Source of the DNA: an uncultured Armatimonadetes bacterium
GTDB taxonomy: Bacteria; Armatimonadota; UBA5829; DTJY01
Assembly: GCA_963717145.1 (NCBI GenBank)
Contig: OY970325.1
Location: 1,664,001-1,728,000 of the forward strand
Direction: 5' to 3'
Length of the DNA: 64,000 nt
Under the pieces are notes generated by a model, which ran no database searches, was not told the DNA's origin, and saw nothing but the letters and a program-made list of their open reading frames with translations. This document shows, piece by piece, positions 10,631-21,152 of the stretch. Each line of letters opens with the position of its first letter. The stretch's first letter is position 1. The position numbers were made by a program, and so were the translations under genes.

Positions 10631-11941
10631 TTACTTCCTGCCGTTCGGGGTGAGCCGCCCGATGCTGAAGTACTCGAAGCCGAGGCGCTTCACACGGCTG
10701 GGATCGTACATATTGCGGCCGTCGAAAAGCACCGGACGCTTCATGCTGTCACGAACCTTCTCCATGTTCAGGAAGCGGAACTCGTTCCATTCGGTGACGA
10801 GGAGCAGTGCGGAGGCGCCTTCGGCCACCGCGTAGGGGTTGTCGCAGTAATCGATCTGAGGGTAGATCGTCCGGCAGTTGTCCATCGCGATCGGATCGTA
10901 GGCCTTGACGGTGGCGCCGTCGGAGAGGAGTTGGCCGATGATCTCGATCGACTTTGCGTCGCGCATGTCGTCGGTGTTCGGCTTGAATGCCAGGCCCAGC
11001 ACGCCAATCGTCTTGCCCTCGACGCTGCCCAGCACATCCTTCAGCCGCTTGACGAACCGCAGCGGCTGGTCCGTGTTGATGTCGAGAGTCGCTCTCAGCA
11101 GGGCGTTGTCGGAGCCATACTTGGCGCAGGTGTGTACGAGCGCCTTGACATCCTTGCCGAAGCAGGATCCGCCGAATCCGAGACCGGCCTGAAGGAACTG
11201 ATCGCCGATCCGCTTGTCGAAGCCCATGCCCTTCGCAACCTGAGTCACATCCCCGCCCGCGATCTCACAGAGGCCCGCCATCGAGTTGATGAATGAGATC
11301 TTCATCGACAGGAACGCATTCGATGCATACTTGATGATCTCCGCGCTGGTAATGTCGGTGATCAGCATCGGACGCTCAAGAGGCGCATAGAGTTCGAGCA
11401 GCTTCATGGCAACTGTCTGGGAGGGAGCGCCGATCACGATCCGGTCGGGATAGAGAGTGTCGTTGATTGCACAGCCCTCTCGGAGGAATTCGGGGTTCGA
11501 GACGACGTCGAAATCAACCTCCCGCAGCCGGTTCTCTTCGATGATCCGGCGCACAAGGTCGCCCGTCCCAATCGGCACGGTGCTCTTGTTAACGACGACC
11601 TTGTAGGAATTGAGGTGACCCGCAATGCCGCGAGCGACTGCGGTGACTTGGGAGAGGTCCGGCTCTCCGTCCGGCCCGGGAGGCGTTCCCACGGCGATGA
11701 ATACTACCTCGGCGCATTCGACCCCGGCCCCGAGGTCTGTTGTGAAAGTGAGACGCTCGTCTTCCACGTTTCGGCAGACCATCTCTTCGAGCCCCGGCTC
11801 ATAGATCGGCATGACGCCCTGGTTGAGCTTGTTGATCTTTTCAAGATTTGCGTCAACGCAGACCACATTGTTACCGAGGTCCGCAAAAACAGCTCCCGTG
11901 ACGAGTCCGACGTAGCCAGTGCCGACAACGCAGATATTCAT
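10631..11941 (-). CDS. ugd: UDP-glucose 6-dehydrogenase family protein
   Basis: MNICVVGTGYVG, NPEFLREG, GFGGSCF, GLAFKPNTDD. Confidence 0.95.
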   Translation of the reverse strand: MNICVVGTGYVGLVTGAVFADLGNNVVCVDANLEKINKLNQGVMPIYEPGLEEMVCRNVEDERLTFTTDLGAGVECAEVVFIAVGTPPGPDGEPDLSQVTAVARGIAGHLNSYKVVVNKSTVPIGTGDLVRRIIEENRLREVDFDVVSNPEFLREGCAINDTLYPDRIVIGAPSQTVAMKLLELYAPLERPMLITDITSAEIIKYASNAFLSMKISFINSMAGLCEIAGGDVTQVAKGMGFDKRIGDQFLQAGLGFGGSCFGKDVKALVHTCAKYGSDNALLRATLDINTDQPLRFVKRLKDVLGSVEGKTIGVLGLAFKPNTDDMRDAKSIEIIGQLLSDGATVKAYDPIAMDNCRTIYPQIDYCDNPYAVAEGASALLLVTEWNEFRFLNMEKVRDSMKRPVLFDGRNMYDPSRVKRLGFEYFSIGRLTPNGRK

Positions 11942-12102
11942 ATGCCCGCAGTTTCCTTCCCGTAATGGCAACCGTAAGGAGAGCAGCAACTCATTCGCGG
12001 CAACCATAGCACGGCTCCAGCAGCGTGTCAAGGCCGACGCGAATTCCCGCTCACGCCTTTATTATCGGGATGGGCGGGAGATATCACAATACGAAGGGGA
12101 TA

Positions 12103-12246
12103 ACATGGAAACGGAGTGCCCACCGGCATAGGGTGTTGGTACTGGAGTTGTACTCCAGAACCCTGGGCTAGCTGAGGGTTCTGGAGTACAACTCCAGAAC
12201 CAACACCCTTACATGAAAACGGAGTGCCGATGGGCACTCCGTCTCT
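12103..12246. repeat. Composite palindromic repeat
   Basis: Inner ~35-bp arms GGGTGTTGGTACTGGAGTTGTACTCCAGAACCCT (related to 40483-40557) flanked by two ACATG(G/A)AAACGGAGTGCC units. Confidence 0.8.
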
Positions 12247-12274
12247 GTACATCTCTTATCCGCAGCGCCGCCGA

Positions 12275-12976
12275 TCAGTTACCGTTGGCGGTCTCAAACT
12301 TGTAGCCGACGCCCCAGATCGTCGTGATCCGGCAGGGCGAGTGCTCGATCTCGATCTTGCGCCTCAGTCGCTTCACGTGCTGGTCGACCGTGCGCTCGTC
12401 GCCGAAGAACTCGTCATAGTCCCAGACCTGCTTGAGAAGCTGCTCCCTCGTGAAGACACGTTCCCGATTGCTGGCCAGGTGCCAGAGGAGATCGAATTCC
12501 TTGGGCGTCAACTCCACTCGCTCCTCGTTGACTTTGATCTCTCGCGACAACACATTCAGGTAGAACCCGGGAAGGTTGATCACCTGCTGGTCGTCAGGAG
12601 TTGCCGTGGCGCCGGAGCGGCGCAGTACGGCCCGCACTCTCGCAACCAGCTCTCTGGGACTAAAGGGCTTGGTAACGTAGTCATCGGCGCCCAACTCGAG
12701 ACCGAGCACGCGGTCGAACTCGTCGTCACGGCCTGTGACCATCATGATGGGGGTGTTGCTGAACCGGCGAACCTCGCGGCATACCTCGAGGCCGTCCAGC
12801 TCAGGGATCACCAGGTCGAGAAGTATGATGTCCGGACGATCGTCCCGTGCGGAACTGAGCGCCTGTCTTCCACCAAAGGCGCAGACTACGTCATAGCCTG
12901 CCGTTTCGAGCTGCAATCGTACCAACTCGCTTGTGTTTGTGTCGTCCTCGACAACTAGAACCTTCTGTTTGGCCAC
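12275..12976 (-). CDS. OmpR/PhoB family response regulator, no adjacent kinase
   Basis: VVEDD, LLDL, GADDYVTKPF, LTPKEFDLL, TIWGVGYKF. Confidence 0.96.
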   Translation of the reverse strand: MAKQKVLVVEDDTNTSELVRLQLETAGYDVVCAFGGRQALSSARDDRPDIILLDLVIPELDGLEVCREVRRFSNTPIMMVTGRDDEFDRVLGLELGADDYVTKPFSPRELVARVRAVLRRSGATATPDDQQVINLPGFYLNVLSREIKVNEERVELTPKEFDLLWHLASNRERVFTREQLLKQVWDYDEFFGDERTVDQHVKRLRRKIEIEHSPCRITTIWGVGYKFETANGN

Positions 12977-13318
12977 CAGAATCTTCCTCTCATTGTCAAA
13001 GGTTCACGAACATTACTGCTCCGGCTACCGAGCGATTCCGACTGCTGATGAGAAATCCAACCAACCGATTCACCAAGTATGCGCCGCGCTCCGTCCTGTT
13101 CGGAGAAACCACATCGGTCGCCGCCGAAGTCCTCAACACAGATCGGTTTGCCGTGAAACTCTGCCACGAATGCGGATCATTACGCTTCAGGCCATCGATG
13201 AGCCCACACGTATTTATCCTGATGCGGCGGCCCTAAGCGTAAGTAAGTGAGATGCAGCCGTGCTTTCGACTGCCAATCTTGCGAACCACACGCAGACGGA
13301 GGTACCCTGCCACGCCGG

Positions 13319-13363
13319 TTCTATATGACAGTATACGCAATTTCGACCGGTCTGTCAATAGAA
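13319..13363 (-). promoter_or_regulatory. Sigma70 promoter overlapped by an inverted repeat
   Basis: TTGACA(13358-13353)-N17-TATACT(13335-13330) inside TTCTATTGACAG...CTGTCATATAGAA. Confidence 0.65.
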
Positions 13364-13482
13364 ATACAAAAAGTTTAACGGTCCCCGACGTGAAAAAGAC
13401 ACCGTCAGTATTATGTTATTGCCGACGCTCGCGTCATTGGTATGTTGACATTCGCACCGTAGGCGGCTGGGCGCAGTATGGG

Positions 13483-14094
13483 TCAGCAATATGAGGACTG
13501 GAGATCGGCGATGGCAGACATGATGCGGCGGCCGACCTCCTCCATCGAGGACCGATCCGTGGAACCCGACAGGTCGTCGAACCGGAGGGGCTTACCATAG
13601 ACGATCTTGCAGGGGTTCCGTTTCGGACGCTTCGCGCCCGCCGGAAGGACTCCCGTAGTGCCGATGAGCACGACCGGAATAACCGGGGCGCCGGTCTTGA
13701 GCGCGATCAAACTGACGCCGCGCTCCGGGTCCTGCAACTTCCCATCGGGGCTGCGAGTGCCCTCGGGGAACAGGCAGACCACCTTACCCTCCCCGAGCAG
13801 GTCTATCGCGTGCTTGAGAGCTTTCCTGTCCGCGGTTCCGCGGCGGACGGGGAATGTACCGACATGAGCTATGACCCAGCCGAGCACGGGAACCTTGAAC
13901 AGCTCGTCCTTCGCCATGAAATAGACCTGCCGGCGCGTGGCGCCTCCGACAGCGGGAGGGTCCACATGGCTGACGTGGTTGGGACAGAGGATCACAGCAC
14001 CCGTCTTGGGGACGTTGTCCTGCCCGATGATCTCAAGTCCGCCGGTCAGCCGAAAGAACACTCTGCAGCAACCCCTCGCGAGTTTGTAGAGCAT
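13483..14094 (-). CDS. plsC: 1-acyl-sn-glycerol-3-phosphate acyltransferase
   Basis: NHVSHVD and FPEGTRS motifs; next to cmk. Confidence 0.93.
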   Translation of the reverse strand: MLYKLARGCCRVFFRLTGGLEIIGQDNVPKTGAVILCPNHVSHVDPPAVGGATRRQVYFMAKDELFKVPVLGWVIAHVGTFPVRRGTADRKALKHAIDLLGEGKVVCLFPEGTRSPDGKLQDPERGVSLIALKTGAPVIPVVLIGTTGVLPAGAKRPKRNPCKIVYGKPLRFDDLSGSTDRSSMEEVGRRIMSAIADLQSSYC

Positions 14095-14769
14095 CTACTT
14101 TGACATCCTCTCGCGGCACAACTCAAGCACACTATCGGTAACCTTCTCGATACTCAGCCCGTCTGTCACTATCTCCACCGCATCGGACACTCGCACGAGC
14201 GGGCTGTGTGCCCGTGTGCTGTCCCGGCGATCGCGCTCTTCGATTTCCTTCTTGAGCGCTTCGATGTCGGATTGTTCGCCGGACTGGATCCGCTCCAGGT
14301 GGCGACGCGCGGCCCGTGCCTCGACCGATGCGGTGAGAAAGACCTTGACCTCCGCATGCGGCATGACAACAGAGCCGATATCCCTGCCCTCCATCACGCA
14401 TCCGCCCTCCCCTGCCATCGCCTGCTGGAGGGCAACGAGATGCTTCCTCACTCCGGGGATGGCCGAGATCGGGGATGACAGGCAGGTCACCTCCGGCGAA
14501 CGAATCGCCCTGGTGACATCCACTCCATCGACGATCACGCGGGAACCATCACCAGGCTCGAACCGAATTACCATCCGGCTCACCATCTCGACGATCCGGC
14601 CCTCGTCCTCGAGCGGGATCCCTAGTTCGAGCGACTTCCACGCGGCCGCCCGATACATCGCCCCCGTGTCGATGTACTTCAGGCCCAATACTCCGGCAAC
14701 CCGGCCTGCGATCGTGGTCTTCCCAGCGCCCGCGGGCCCGTCTATTGCAATGCAGATGGAATGGTTCAT
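14095..14769 (-). CDS. cmk: Cytidylate kinase
   Basis: IAIDGPAGAGKTT, DTGAMYR, MEGRDIG; start at MNHSICIA. Confidence 0.96.
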   Translation of the reverse strand: MNHSICIAIDGPAGAGKTTIAGRVAGVLGLKYIDTGAMYRAAAWKSLELGIPLEDEGRIVEMVSRMVIRFEPGDGSRVIVDGVDVTRAIRSPEVTCLSSPISAIPGVRKHLVALQQAMAGEGGCVMEGRDIGSVVMPHAEVKVFLTASVEARAARRHLERIQSGEQSDIEALKKEIEERDRRDSTRAHSPLVRVSDAVEIVTDGLSIEKVTDSVLELCRERMSK

Positions 14770-14783
14770 GGTTAATGGTCTAT

Positions 14784-15855
14784 TGTCCAGTCTCATGACA
14801 TTATGAACACCGTGGGTTGAAAAGAAGGAGGTGCATGCGGTAGTCTCTTTGATGATCGCCAAACCAAAAAAGGAGACCACTCGCATGCAGATCCATTCTA
14901 ACGCAACCAGCAATATGAAGCAACGGCGGTTTTTCAGGCAGAGTCCCAAGAGCTGCAGAAAGCTCGCAGATATCTGCCATGTATCGCCGGCAACAGTCTG
15001 CAAATGGAAGGCCCGGGGTGACCAGCAAGACCGCAGCAGTCGGCCCAGGAAGATCCATTATGCATTCAGCCCCGAAGAGGAGGAGATCATCCTCTCGCTC
15101 CGGGACAAAGGTCTAGCACTCGATGCACTGGTGCGTGCAGTAGTCACAGTTCTGCCGAATGCAGAACGCGCCAGTATACATCGCTTACTGAGCAGAAAAG
15201 GGGTGAGCAGACTCCCCCAGTACCAAAAAGAAAAGAGAGAAAGTCCAGGCAAGTTCAAAGAGTATCTGCCTGGATACCTTCACATAGACTGTTTCTACCT
15301 GCCCAAGATCGGGGGCAAGAGGAAGTATTGCTTCGTTGCGGTAGACAGAGCAACAAGGCTAGCCTTCCTCCAGGTGTACGACAACCTAACCAAGGAATCC
15401 GCAGTGGGCTTCCTTGGACTGTGCATGTGGTTCTATCCGTTCATGATCCACAAGATCCTGACAGACAACGGTAGAGAGTTCACTCTGGCCAATTGGAGCC
15501 GTTGGGGCAGTCCGGCGAAGAGACCTCACTTCTTTGATGAAGTATGCTCAGCCTGTGGTATTGAACACAGGCTCACCCGGCCGTATACACCAAAGACCAA
15601 CGGTCTGGTGGAACGCATGAACGGACTGATCCAGGAGGGCACGTACAAGATGCACAGATATCCTGGATATCCGGAGTTGATAGATGGACTCCACCAGTGG
15701 CTGACCATCTACAATCTAAGGAGACAGCACAGCGCGATCGGTGGCAAGACACCCTATGAGAAGGTCTGCGACTGGTACGCGCAAAGACCAGATCTGTTTA
15801 TCAAAGAGCCTACCGACTTACTGAACTACCGTTCACAACGTGGTGGGACTTGACA
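14784..15855 (+). mobile_element. IS481-family insertion sequence
   Basis: TGT...ACA ends with 25-bp imperfect inverted repeats (TGTCCAGTCTCATGACATTATGAAC vs TGTCAAGTCCCACCACGTTGTGAAC, 19/25); flanks GTCTAT/GTTGAT are only a partial direct repeat. Confidence 0.88.
14831..15853 (+). CDS. IS481 family transposase (integrase core)
   Basis: HTH N-terminus, PGYLHID, ILTDNGREF, RPYTPKTNGLVERMN; true start may be slightly downstream. Confidence 0.93.
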   Translation: MHAVVSLMIAKPKKETTRMQIHSNATSNMKQRRFFRQSPKSCRKLADICHVSPATVCKWKARGDQQDRSSRPRKIHYAFSPEEEEIILSLRDKGLALDALVRAVVTVLPNAERASIHRLLSRKGVSRLPQYQKEKRESPGKFKEYLPGYLHIDCFYLPKIGGKRKYCFVAVDRATRLAFLQVYDNLTKESAVGFLGLCMWFYPFMIHKILTDNGREFTLANWSRWGSPAKRPHFFDEVCSACGIEHRLTRPYTPKTNGLVERMNGLIQEGTYKMHRYPGYPELIDGLHQWLTIYNLRRQHSAIGGKTPYEKVCDWYAQRPDLFIKEPTDLLNYRSQRGGT

Positions 15856-15935
15856 GTTGATGGTTAATGGGGAATGGTTGATGGGGGATGCAGGTCCGTC
15901 TGCCATTAACCATTAACCATGAGCCATCAACCATT
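15856..15935. repeat. Inverted heptamer tandem repeat (ATGGTTR)n...(ACCATYA)n; left part displaced to 14761-14783 by the IS481
   Basis: 7-bp periodicity seen directly; an intact relative lies at 44665-44780. Confidence 0.8.
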
Positions 15936-16808
15936 CCCCCGGTAGATCGAGTCGCGGACCGTCTTAGCGCCGGCGAACCAGTCCTCGAGGGACTGCGCGT
16001 CGCCGGCTTCCATGAGTTCCACCGCCTGATCCATCAGCCGTCGAAACTCGACCGCCGCTTCCCTCAAGGCGTTCACATTTGACAGGCATATGTCACGCCA
16101 GAGAACAGATGAGCTGCCTGCCACGCGGGTCATATCCCTGAAGCTCCCCGCCACCAAATCAAACAGATGTGGATTGCCGGCCGACTCATTCTGGGCGAGC
16201 AGGGCAAGGGCGGCGGCCATTACGTGGGGCAGATGGCTGATCACCGCAACGCATCGGTCGTGGGCCTCAGGGTCCATCACGAGCGCGCGCGCGCCGATCC
16301 CTTCGGCGACAAGTCGCATCCTCTCGACGGCCTCCGGTTTCGTGGCAGAAGTGGGCGTCACCACATAGGTCGTGCCCTCGAAGAGGTCCGCCCTGGCAGC
16401 CTCGACACCTGCTTCCTCAGACCCGGCCATCGGATGCCCGCCGACGAACATAGCTCGATCCGCCGCCAGCTCGTCCGCGTGTCTGCAGATCTCGCCCTTC
16501 GTGCTGCCGGCGTCAGTGATGATGCAGTCGGCGGTGACGAAGGGAATCGCTTTGGACATGAAGTCCAGAACCAGGCCGACCGGAGTAGCGATGTAGACGA
16601 GATCAGCCCCGGTGACACCCTCTATGAGATCGAGCGTCCAGGAGTCGACCGCGCCGAGGTCGACCGCCCGCTGAAGGCGTCCCTCATCCCGACCGACACC
16701 GACGACTTCCTTCGCCAGGCCGCGAGTCCTGAGCGCCATGCCGAAGGACCCGCCGATGAGTCCGACTCCTATGATGGCGACACGTCTGAACTCAGGCTGA
16801 TCCGCCAT
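15927..16808 (-). CDS. tyrA: Prephenate/arogenate dehydrogenase
   Basis: GVGLIGGS, DAGSTK, GGHPMAG, SHLPH, FRDMTRVA. Confidence 0.95.
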   Translation of the reverse strand: MADQPEFRRVAIIGVGLIGGSFGMALRTRGLAKEVVGVGRDEGRLQRAVDLGAVDSWTLDLIEGVTGADLVYIATPVGLVLDFMSKAIPFVTADCIITDAGSTKGEICRHADELAADRAMFVGGHPMAGSEEAGVEAARADLFEGTTYVVTPTSATKPEAVERMRLVAEGIGARALVMDPEAHDRCVAVISHLPHVMAAALALLAQNESAGNPHLFDLVAGSFRDMTRVAGSSSVLWRDICLSNVNALREAAVEFRRLMDQAVELMEAGDAQSLEDWFAGAKTVRDSIYRGNG

Positions 16809-17835
16809 CCCAGCCTGCCTTTCTGCCGACCGCCAGGATGATCGGGCGCAGCTCGCGCATGAACTGAGCAAAGGTCTCCGGCTTGAGCGACTGCGAGCCG
16901 TCCTTCAGCGCTTTCTCCGGCTCGGGATGGACCTCGATCATCAGGCCATCCGCACCCGCGGCGACGGCGGCTTTTGCGACGGGAGAAACGAGCCCCCAGC
17001 GACCGGTACCGTGGCTTGGGTCGGCGATCACGGGCAGATGGCTGAGCTGCAGTACGGCCGGTATGGCATTGATGTCGAAAGTGTTGCGAGTGTACGTCTC
17101 GAAGGTCCGAATGCCGCGCTCGCAGAGGATGATCTCATAGTTGCCGCCGCTTGCGATGTACTCCGCCGCCTGCAGCCATTCCTCGATGGTCGAGGACATG
17201 CCCCGCTTGAGCATCACCGGCTTGCGCATATTGCCGATCTCCTTGAGGAGCGAGAAATTGCTCATGTTCCGCGTCCCGATCTGAAGGATATCGGCATAGT
17301 TCGCCACCATATCGAGATCGCGCAGGTCCAACACCTCGGTGATGATCGGCATATCGGTCTCGGAACGGGCGGTGTCGAGTATCTTGAGGCCGTCCTCCCC
17401 GAGGCCGTGGAAGCTGTACGGCGACGTGCTCGGCTTGAACGCGCCGCCTCGGAGGATGCGCGCCCCGGCCGCTCGCACCAGCCTGGCGGTCAGGAGAGCC
17501 TGCTCCTCGCTCTCGATGCAGCACGGCCCGGCCATCACGACGACTTCATCGCCGCCGATCCTGACGCCTCTTACCTCGATGACCGACTTCTCAGGGTGGA
17601 ACTCCCTGCCGACGATCTTGTACGGCTTCAGGATGGGGACGACGCGCTCGACAAATGGGTAGGCCTCGAACTGCTGGGCGATGAGGATCTTGTCCTCATC
17701 GGGAGCGCCGATCGCACCGATGATGGTCTTCTCGACCCCGCGCGAAAGGTGGATCCCGTAGCCGCGCCCCTCGAGATTAGCGATAATCTCGTCGACATTC
17801 TTATCCGTCGCCTGTGAGGATAGGATGATGATCAT
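16792..17835 (-). CDS. aroF: DAHP synthase (class I-beta) with N-terminal regulatory domain
   Basis: [30 protein letters not shown]. Confidence 0.95.
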   Translation of the reverse strand: MIIILSSQATDKNVDEIIANLEGRGYGIHLSRGVEKTIIGAIGAPDEDKILIAQQFEAYPFVERVVPILKPYKIVGREFHPEKSVIEVRGVRIGGDEVVVMAGPCCIESEEQALLTARLVRAAGARILRGGAFKPSTSPYSFHGLGEDGLKILDTARSETDMPIITEVLDLRDLDMVANYADILQIGTRNMSNFSLLKEIGNMRKPVMLKRGMSSTIEEWLQAAEYIASGGNYEIILCERGIRTFETYTRNTFDINAIPAVLQLSHLPVIADPSHGTGRWGLVSPVAKAAVAAGADGLMIEVHPEPEKALKDGSQSLKPETFAQFMRELRPIILAVGRKAGWDGGSA

Positions 17836-17882
17836 GGGTTATGCTCCCGCCTGTATCATTCTTCACCAAGCTCCTGGGAAAT

Positions 17883-17950
17883 CACCGATCTCAGACGACT
17901 CCGTCGTCGTCCGCAGCCGCCGACGGCGACGGAGTCGTCTGAGATCGGTG
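17883..17950. repeat. Long intergenic palindrome
   Basis: CACCGATCTCAGACGACTCCGTCGTCGTC...GACGGCGACGGAGTCGTCTGAGATCGGTG, about 29-bp arms. Confidence 0.8.
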
Positions 17951-18015
17951 GTTATTATGAGATATAGCTGCGCTTGCGAGGCAGTAATGTGCTCAGGATG
18001 ACACAGGTGTAGGCG

Positions 18016-19116
18016 CTAGCACGTCGCCAGCACTTCCTTGAGTGTGCGGATGAACCGCTCGTTCTCCTGCTGTGTGCCGATTGTGACTCGGAACCAGGTC
18101 GGCAGGCCGAAGATATCGCCCGTCCGCAGGATCACTCCACGCTTCAGCATCTCAGGGAACAGCGACTTGCACGGCTTCTTCGAGTCGAACAGGATGAAGT
18201 TCGCCTGTGTCGGGACATACGGAAGCCCCATCGCCTCGAATTCGCGGTACAGATACTTCTTGCCCTCTGAGTTGACCCGCCGACTGCGCTCGACCTGATC
18301 GGGGTCCTCAAGGCTGGCAATCGCGCCCGCCTGAGCGACCGAGTTGACGTTGAACGGTTCGCGCACCTGGTTCAGGCACTCGATGATCTCGGGGCGCGCG
18401 ATCGCGTACCCGACCCTCAGGCCTGCCAGCCCATAGATCTTCGAAAACGTGCGCAGGATGATGACGTTCGCGCCGGCATTGACGTATGACAGCATGTCCG
18501 GGTAGTCCGGGGTCTCGACGTACTCGTAGTACGCCTCATCGAACACGGCGATCGCCCGCTTCGGTAGACGCGAAATGAACCGCTCGACCTCGCCCTTGCC
18601 TACCATCGTGCCCGTCGGATTATTAGGGTTCGCCACGAAGACGAGCCTGGTCTTCTCGGTGAACTTGTCCGCCATCGCCTCGAGGTCGTGGGTGAAATCC
18701 CTCAGCGGCACCATGATGGAACTGCAGTCGTTGAGCACCGCCGCCGACTCATACCGCACGAACGACGGATCCGCCTGAACCACCTCATCGCCCTCGCACA
18801 GAAACGTGACGCCGATGTAATGAATCAGCTCGTCGGAGCCGTTCCCGACGCAAAGCATATCCTCGCCGATGCCCCAATGCCTGGCGAGCGCGCCCTTGAG
18901 ATAGAAGCACGCGCCGTCGGGATAGAGCCCGACCTTCTCGACCGCGGACTTCATCGACTCGATCGCCTTCGGGGAAGGGCCAAGCGGATTCTCGTTCGAC
19001 GCGAGCTTCACGGGATCCTTGATCCCATACTCGCGCTCGACCTCCTCGATCGGTTTCCCAGGCGAATAAGGCTTCAGTCGACAGATATTCTGCTTGACAA
19101 GGTCACTCAATGCCAT
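18016..19116 (-). CDS. hisC: Histidinol-phosphate aminotransferase
   Basis: KLASNENP, NPNNPTG, DEAY, RTFSKIYGLAGLRVG. Confidence 0.96.
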   Translation of the reverse strand: MALSDLVKQNICRLKPYSPGKPIEEVEREYGIKDPVKLASNENPLGPSPKAIESMKSAVEKVGLYPDGACFYLKGALARHWGIGEDMLCVGNGSDELIHYIGVTFLCEGDEVVQADPSFVRYESAAVLNDCSSIMVPLRDFTHDLEAMADKFTEKTRLVFVANPNNPTGTMVGKGEVERFISRLPKRAIAVFDEAYYEYVETPDYPDMLSYVNAGANVIILRTFSKIYGLAGLRVGYAIARPEIIECLNQVREPFNVNSVAQAGAIASLEDPDQVERSRRVNSEGKKYLYREFEAMGLPYVPTQANFILFDSKKPCKSLFPEMLKRGVILRTGDIFGLPTWFRVTIGTQQENERFIRTLKEVLATC

Positions 19117-19186
19117 GGCGATTCTCCTGCTCGTATTGCGTGAGTTTAGCACAGATGGGAGAGGATTGACAACAGGCGGAGGCGCA

Positions 19187-20119
19187 TCAGAGCGTCCGGT
19201 CCGAGAGCGACTCGATGTACTTCTCGGCTTCGACGGCGGCGATGGCCCCGTCCGCACAGGCGGTCACCATCTGACGAAGGGTCTTCCGCCGGCAGTCGCC
19301 CGCGGCGAAGACGCCGGGAGCACTGGTGTGCATCTCCTCGTTCGTCATGACATAGCCCTCGGGATCGAGAGTGACGTGCCCTCGCAGGTAGCCCGTGTGT
19401 GGATCGGTGCCGATGAGGATGAAGACCCCGTCGACCGGGATCGTCCGCCTGGAGCCATCAGTGACGTCGGTGAGCACCACGCCCGTGACCTTCGTGTCGC
19501 CCTGTATCTCAGAGACGAGCGAGTTCCACGCAATCTCGATCTTCGGGTTCTTGAACACTCGCTCCTGGAGGATCTTCGTCGCTCGCAGAGCATCCCTGCG
19601 GTGGATGATCGTCACCTTCCTGGCAAACCGAGCGAGGAATACCGCATCCTGAACCGCCGTATTCCCGCCGCCGACGACCGCGATCTCTTTGTCGCGGAAG
19701 AACGCGGCGTCGCACGTGGCGCAGTATGAGACTCCCTTGCCGATCAGACGGTTCTCGCTCGGAAGGTTCAACTGCCTCGGGGTCGCGCCGGTCGCAAGGA
19801 TGACGGTTGGCGACTGGAACTCGCCCTCAGAAGTGACGACCCTCTTCTTCTCCCCCGAGAGATCAACGCTCAGCACTTCCGCCGAGACGACCTCGAGGCC
19901 CAGGTTACGCGCTTGAAGTTCCATCGCGGCGCTCAGTTCCGCGCCTGTGACTCCGTTTGCGAACCCCGGATAGTTCTCGACGAGATCGGTGACTATCATC
20001 TGCCCGCCGGGGACATACTTCTCGATCAAAACGGTGTTGAGCCGCGCGCGCATGGCGTAGACCCCTGCGCTAAGCCCCGCCGGTCCGCCGCCGACGATTA
20101 TCGTGTCATAGGATTTCAA
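19187..20119 (-). CDS. trxB: NADPH-dependent thioredoxin reductase
   Basis: GGGPAG, SYCATCD, GGGNTA, HRRD, GVFAAGD. Start placed at TTG 20119; extended -10 TGCTATAAT at 20153-20161. Confidence 0.95.
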   Translation of the reverse strand: MKSYDTIIVGGGPAGLSAGVYAMRARLNTVLIEKYVPGGQMIVTDLVENYPGFANGVTGAELSAAMELQARNLGLEVVSAEVLSVDLSGEKKRVVTSEGEFQSPTVILATGATPRQLNLPSENRLIGKGVSYCATCDAAFFRDKEIAVVGGGNTAVQDAVFLARFARKVTIIHRRDALRATKILQERVFKNPKIEIAWNSLVSEIQGDTKVTGVVLTDVTDGSRRTIPVDGVFILIGTDPHTGYLRGHVTLDPEGYVMTNEEMHTSAPGVFAAGDCRRKTLRQMVTACADGAIAAVEAEKYIESLSDRTL

Positions 20120-20258
20120 CTCGTCCCCCTGTGCATCGATCAACCCGGCACATTATAGCATACCCAGCCGCTATCAGGAACGGGCAGCGTGTTCCAACCC
20201 TCGACCCTGGGTATAAGCCTACCGTATGTGACAACTCTGTTCGATCGGAGCCAATGAT

Positions 20259-21148
20259 ATGTCGTCAGAAACGCCCAGGGGCCAGACCGTCGATGTAGTG
20301 ATCGTAGGGGCCGGACCAGCCGGATTGTCGGCGGCGGTGAATGCAAAAGCCCGCAATCTCAGCGCCATCGTGATCGATGCCCGCGAGCCGGTATCCAAGG
20401 TGAGAAACTATCCCGAGGTCACGAACTATCTCGGCTACCCCAAGGCCGGCGGAACCGAACTTGCCAACCATTTTGCCAAGCACTTCGCGAAGACCGGTTT
20501 CGCATTCCACAAGGAACGCGCCCAGAAGATCATATCTCAGGGCGAGGTCGTGATGGTCGGCACCGACAGGGAGGTCTATGACGGCAAGACCGTCATTCTG
20601 ACATTCGGGGTAGCGCAGACGAAGCTCCTTCCCGGCGAGGAGTTATTCCTGGGCAAGGGAGTGAGCTACTGTGTCACATGCGACGGGGCACTCTTCAGCG
20701 GCAAGGACGTGGTGGTTGTCGGATACATCCCCGAGGGGGAGGAGGAGGCGAACGCACTCGCCACATTCGCCAGGAGCGTCACCTATGTGGCGACCTACGA
20801 GAGGGTCGAGACGCTGAACAAGTCGGTCAAAGTCGTGAATGCGAAACCATCGGCGATCCTGGGGAACACGAAGGTAACCGGGCTGCAGACCGACTTGGGC
20901 GATATCTGCGCGGACGGCATATTCGTAGTCCGTGAGGCGATGCCTGTCGGCACCATGGTCGACGGCCTTGCGATCGAGGATGGCTTCGTCCAGGTGGACA
21001 GGTCGATGGCAACCAATATCCCCGGTCTGTTCGCCGCAGGTGACTGCACGGGGCGCCGTTCCAGATCGCGAAGGCGGTCGGAGAAGGACAGGTGGCGGCA
21101 TTGAGCGCCGCCCGATACGTCTACAAGCAGAGGAAGAAGGAGGCTTAG
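20259..21148 (+). CDS. Thioredoxin-reductase-like flavoprotein with an apparent 1-bp frameshift near 21050
   Basis: GAGPAG, SYCVTCD, FAAGDCTG. Adding one G to GGGG at 21050-21053 restores GAPFQIAKAVGEGQVAALSAARYVYKQRKKEA* ending at 21148. Confidence 0.85.
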
Positions 21149-21152
21149 CACA

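Noticed and set aside
13140-13155. GGCAAACC on the minus strand as a c-di-GMP-I riboswitch
   Set aside because: The following GAAA hairpin and GACGCAAA elements are absent.
14770-15003. Long N-terminal extensions of cmk and of recJ (3355-3642)
   Set aside because: They run into IS481 and IS66 sequence respectively.
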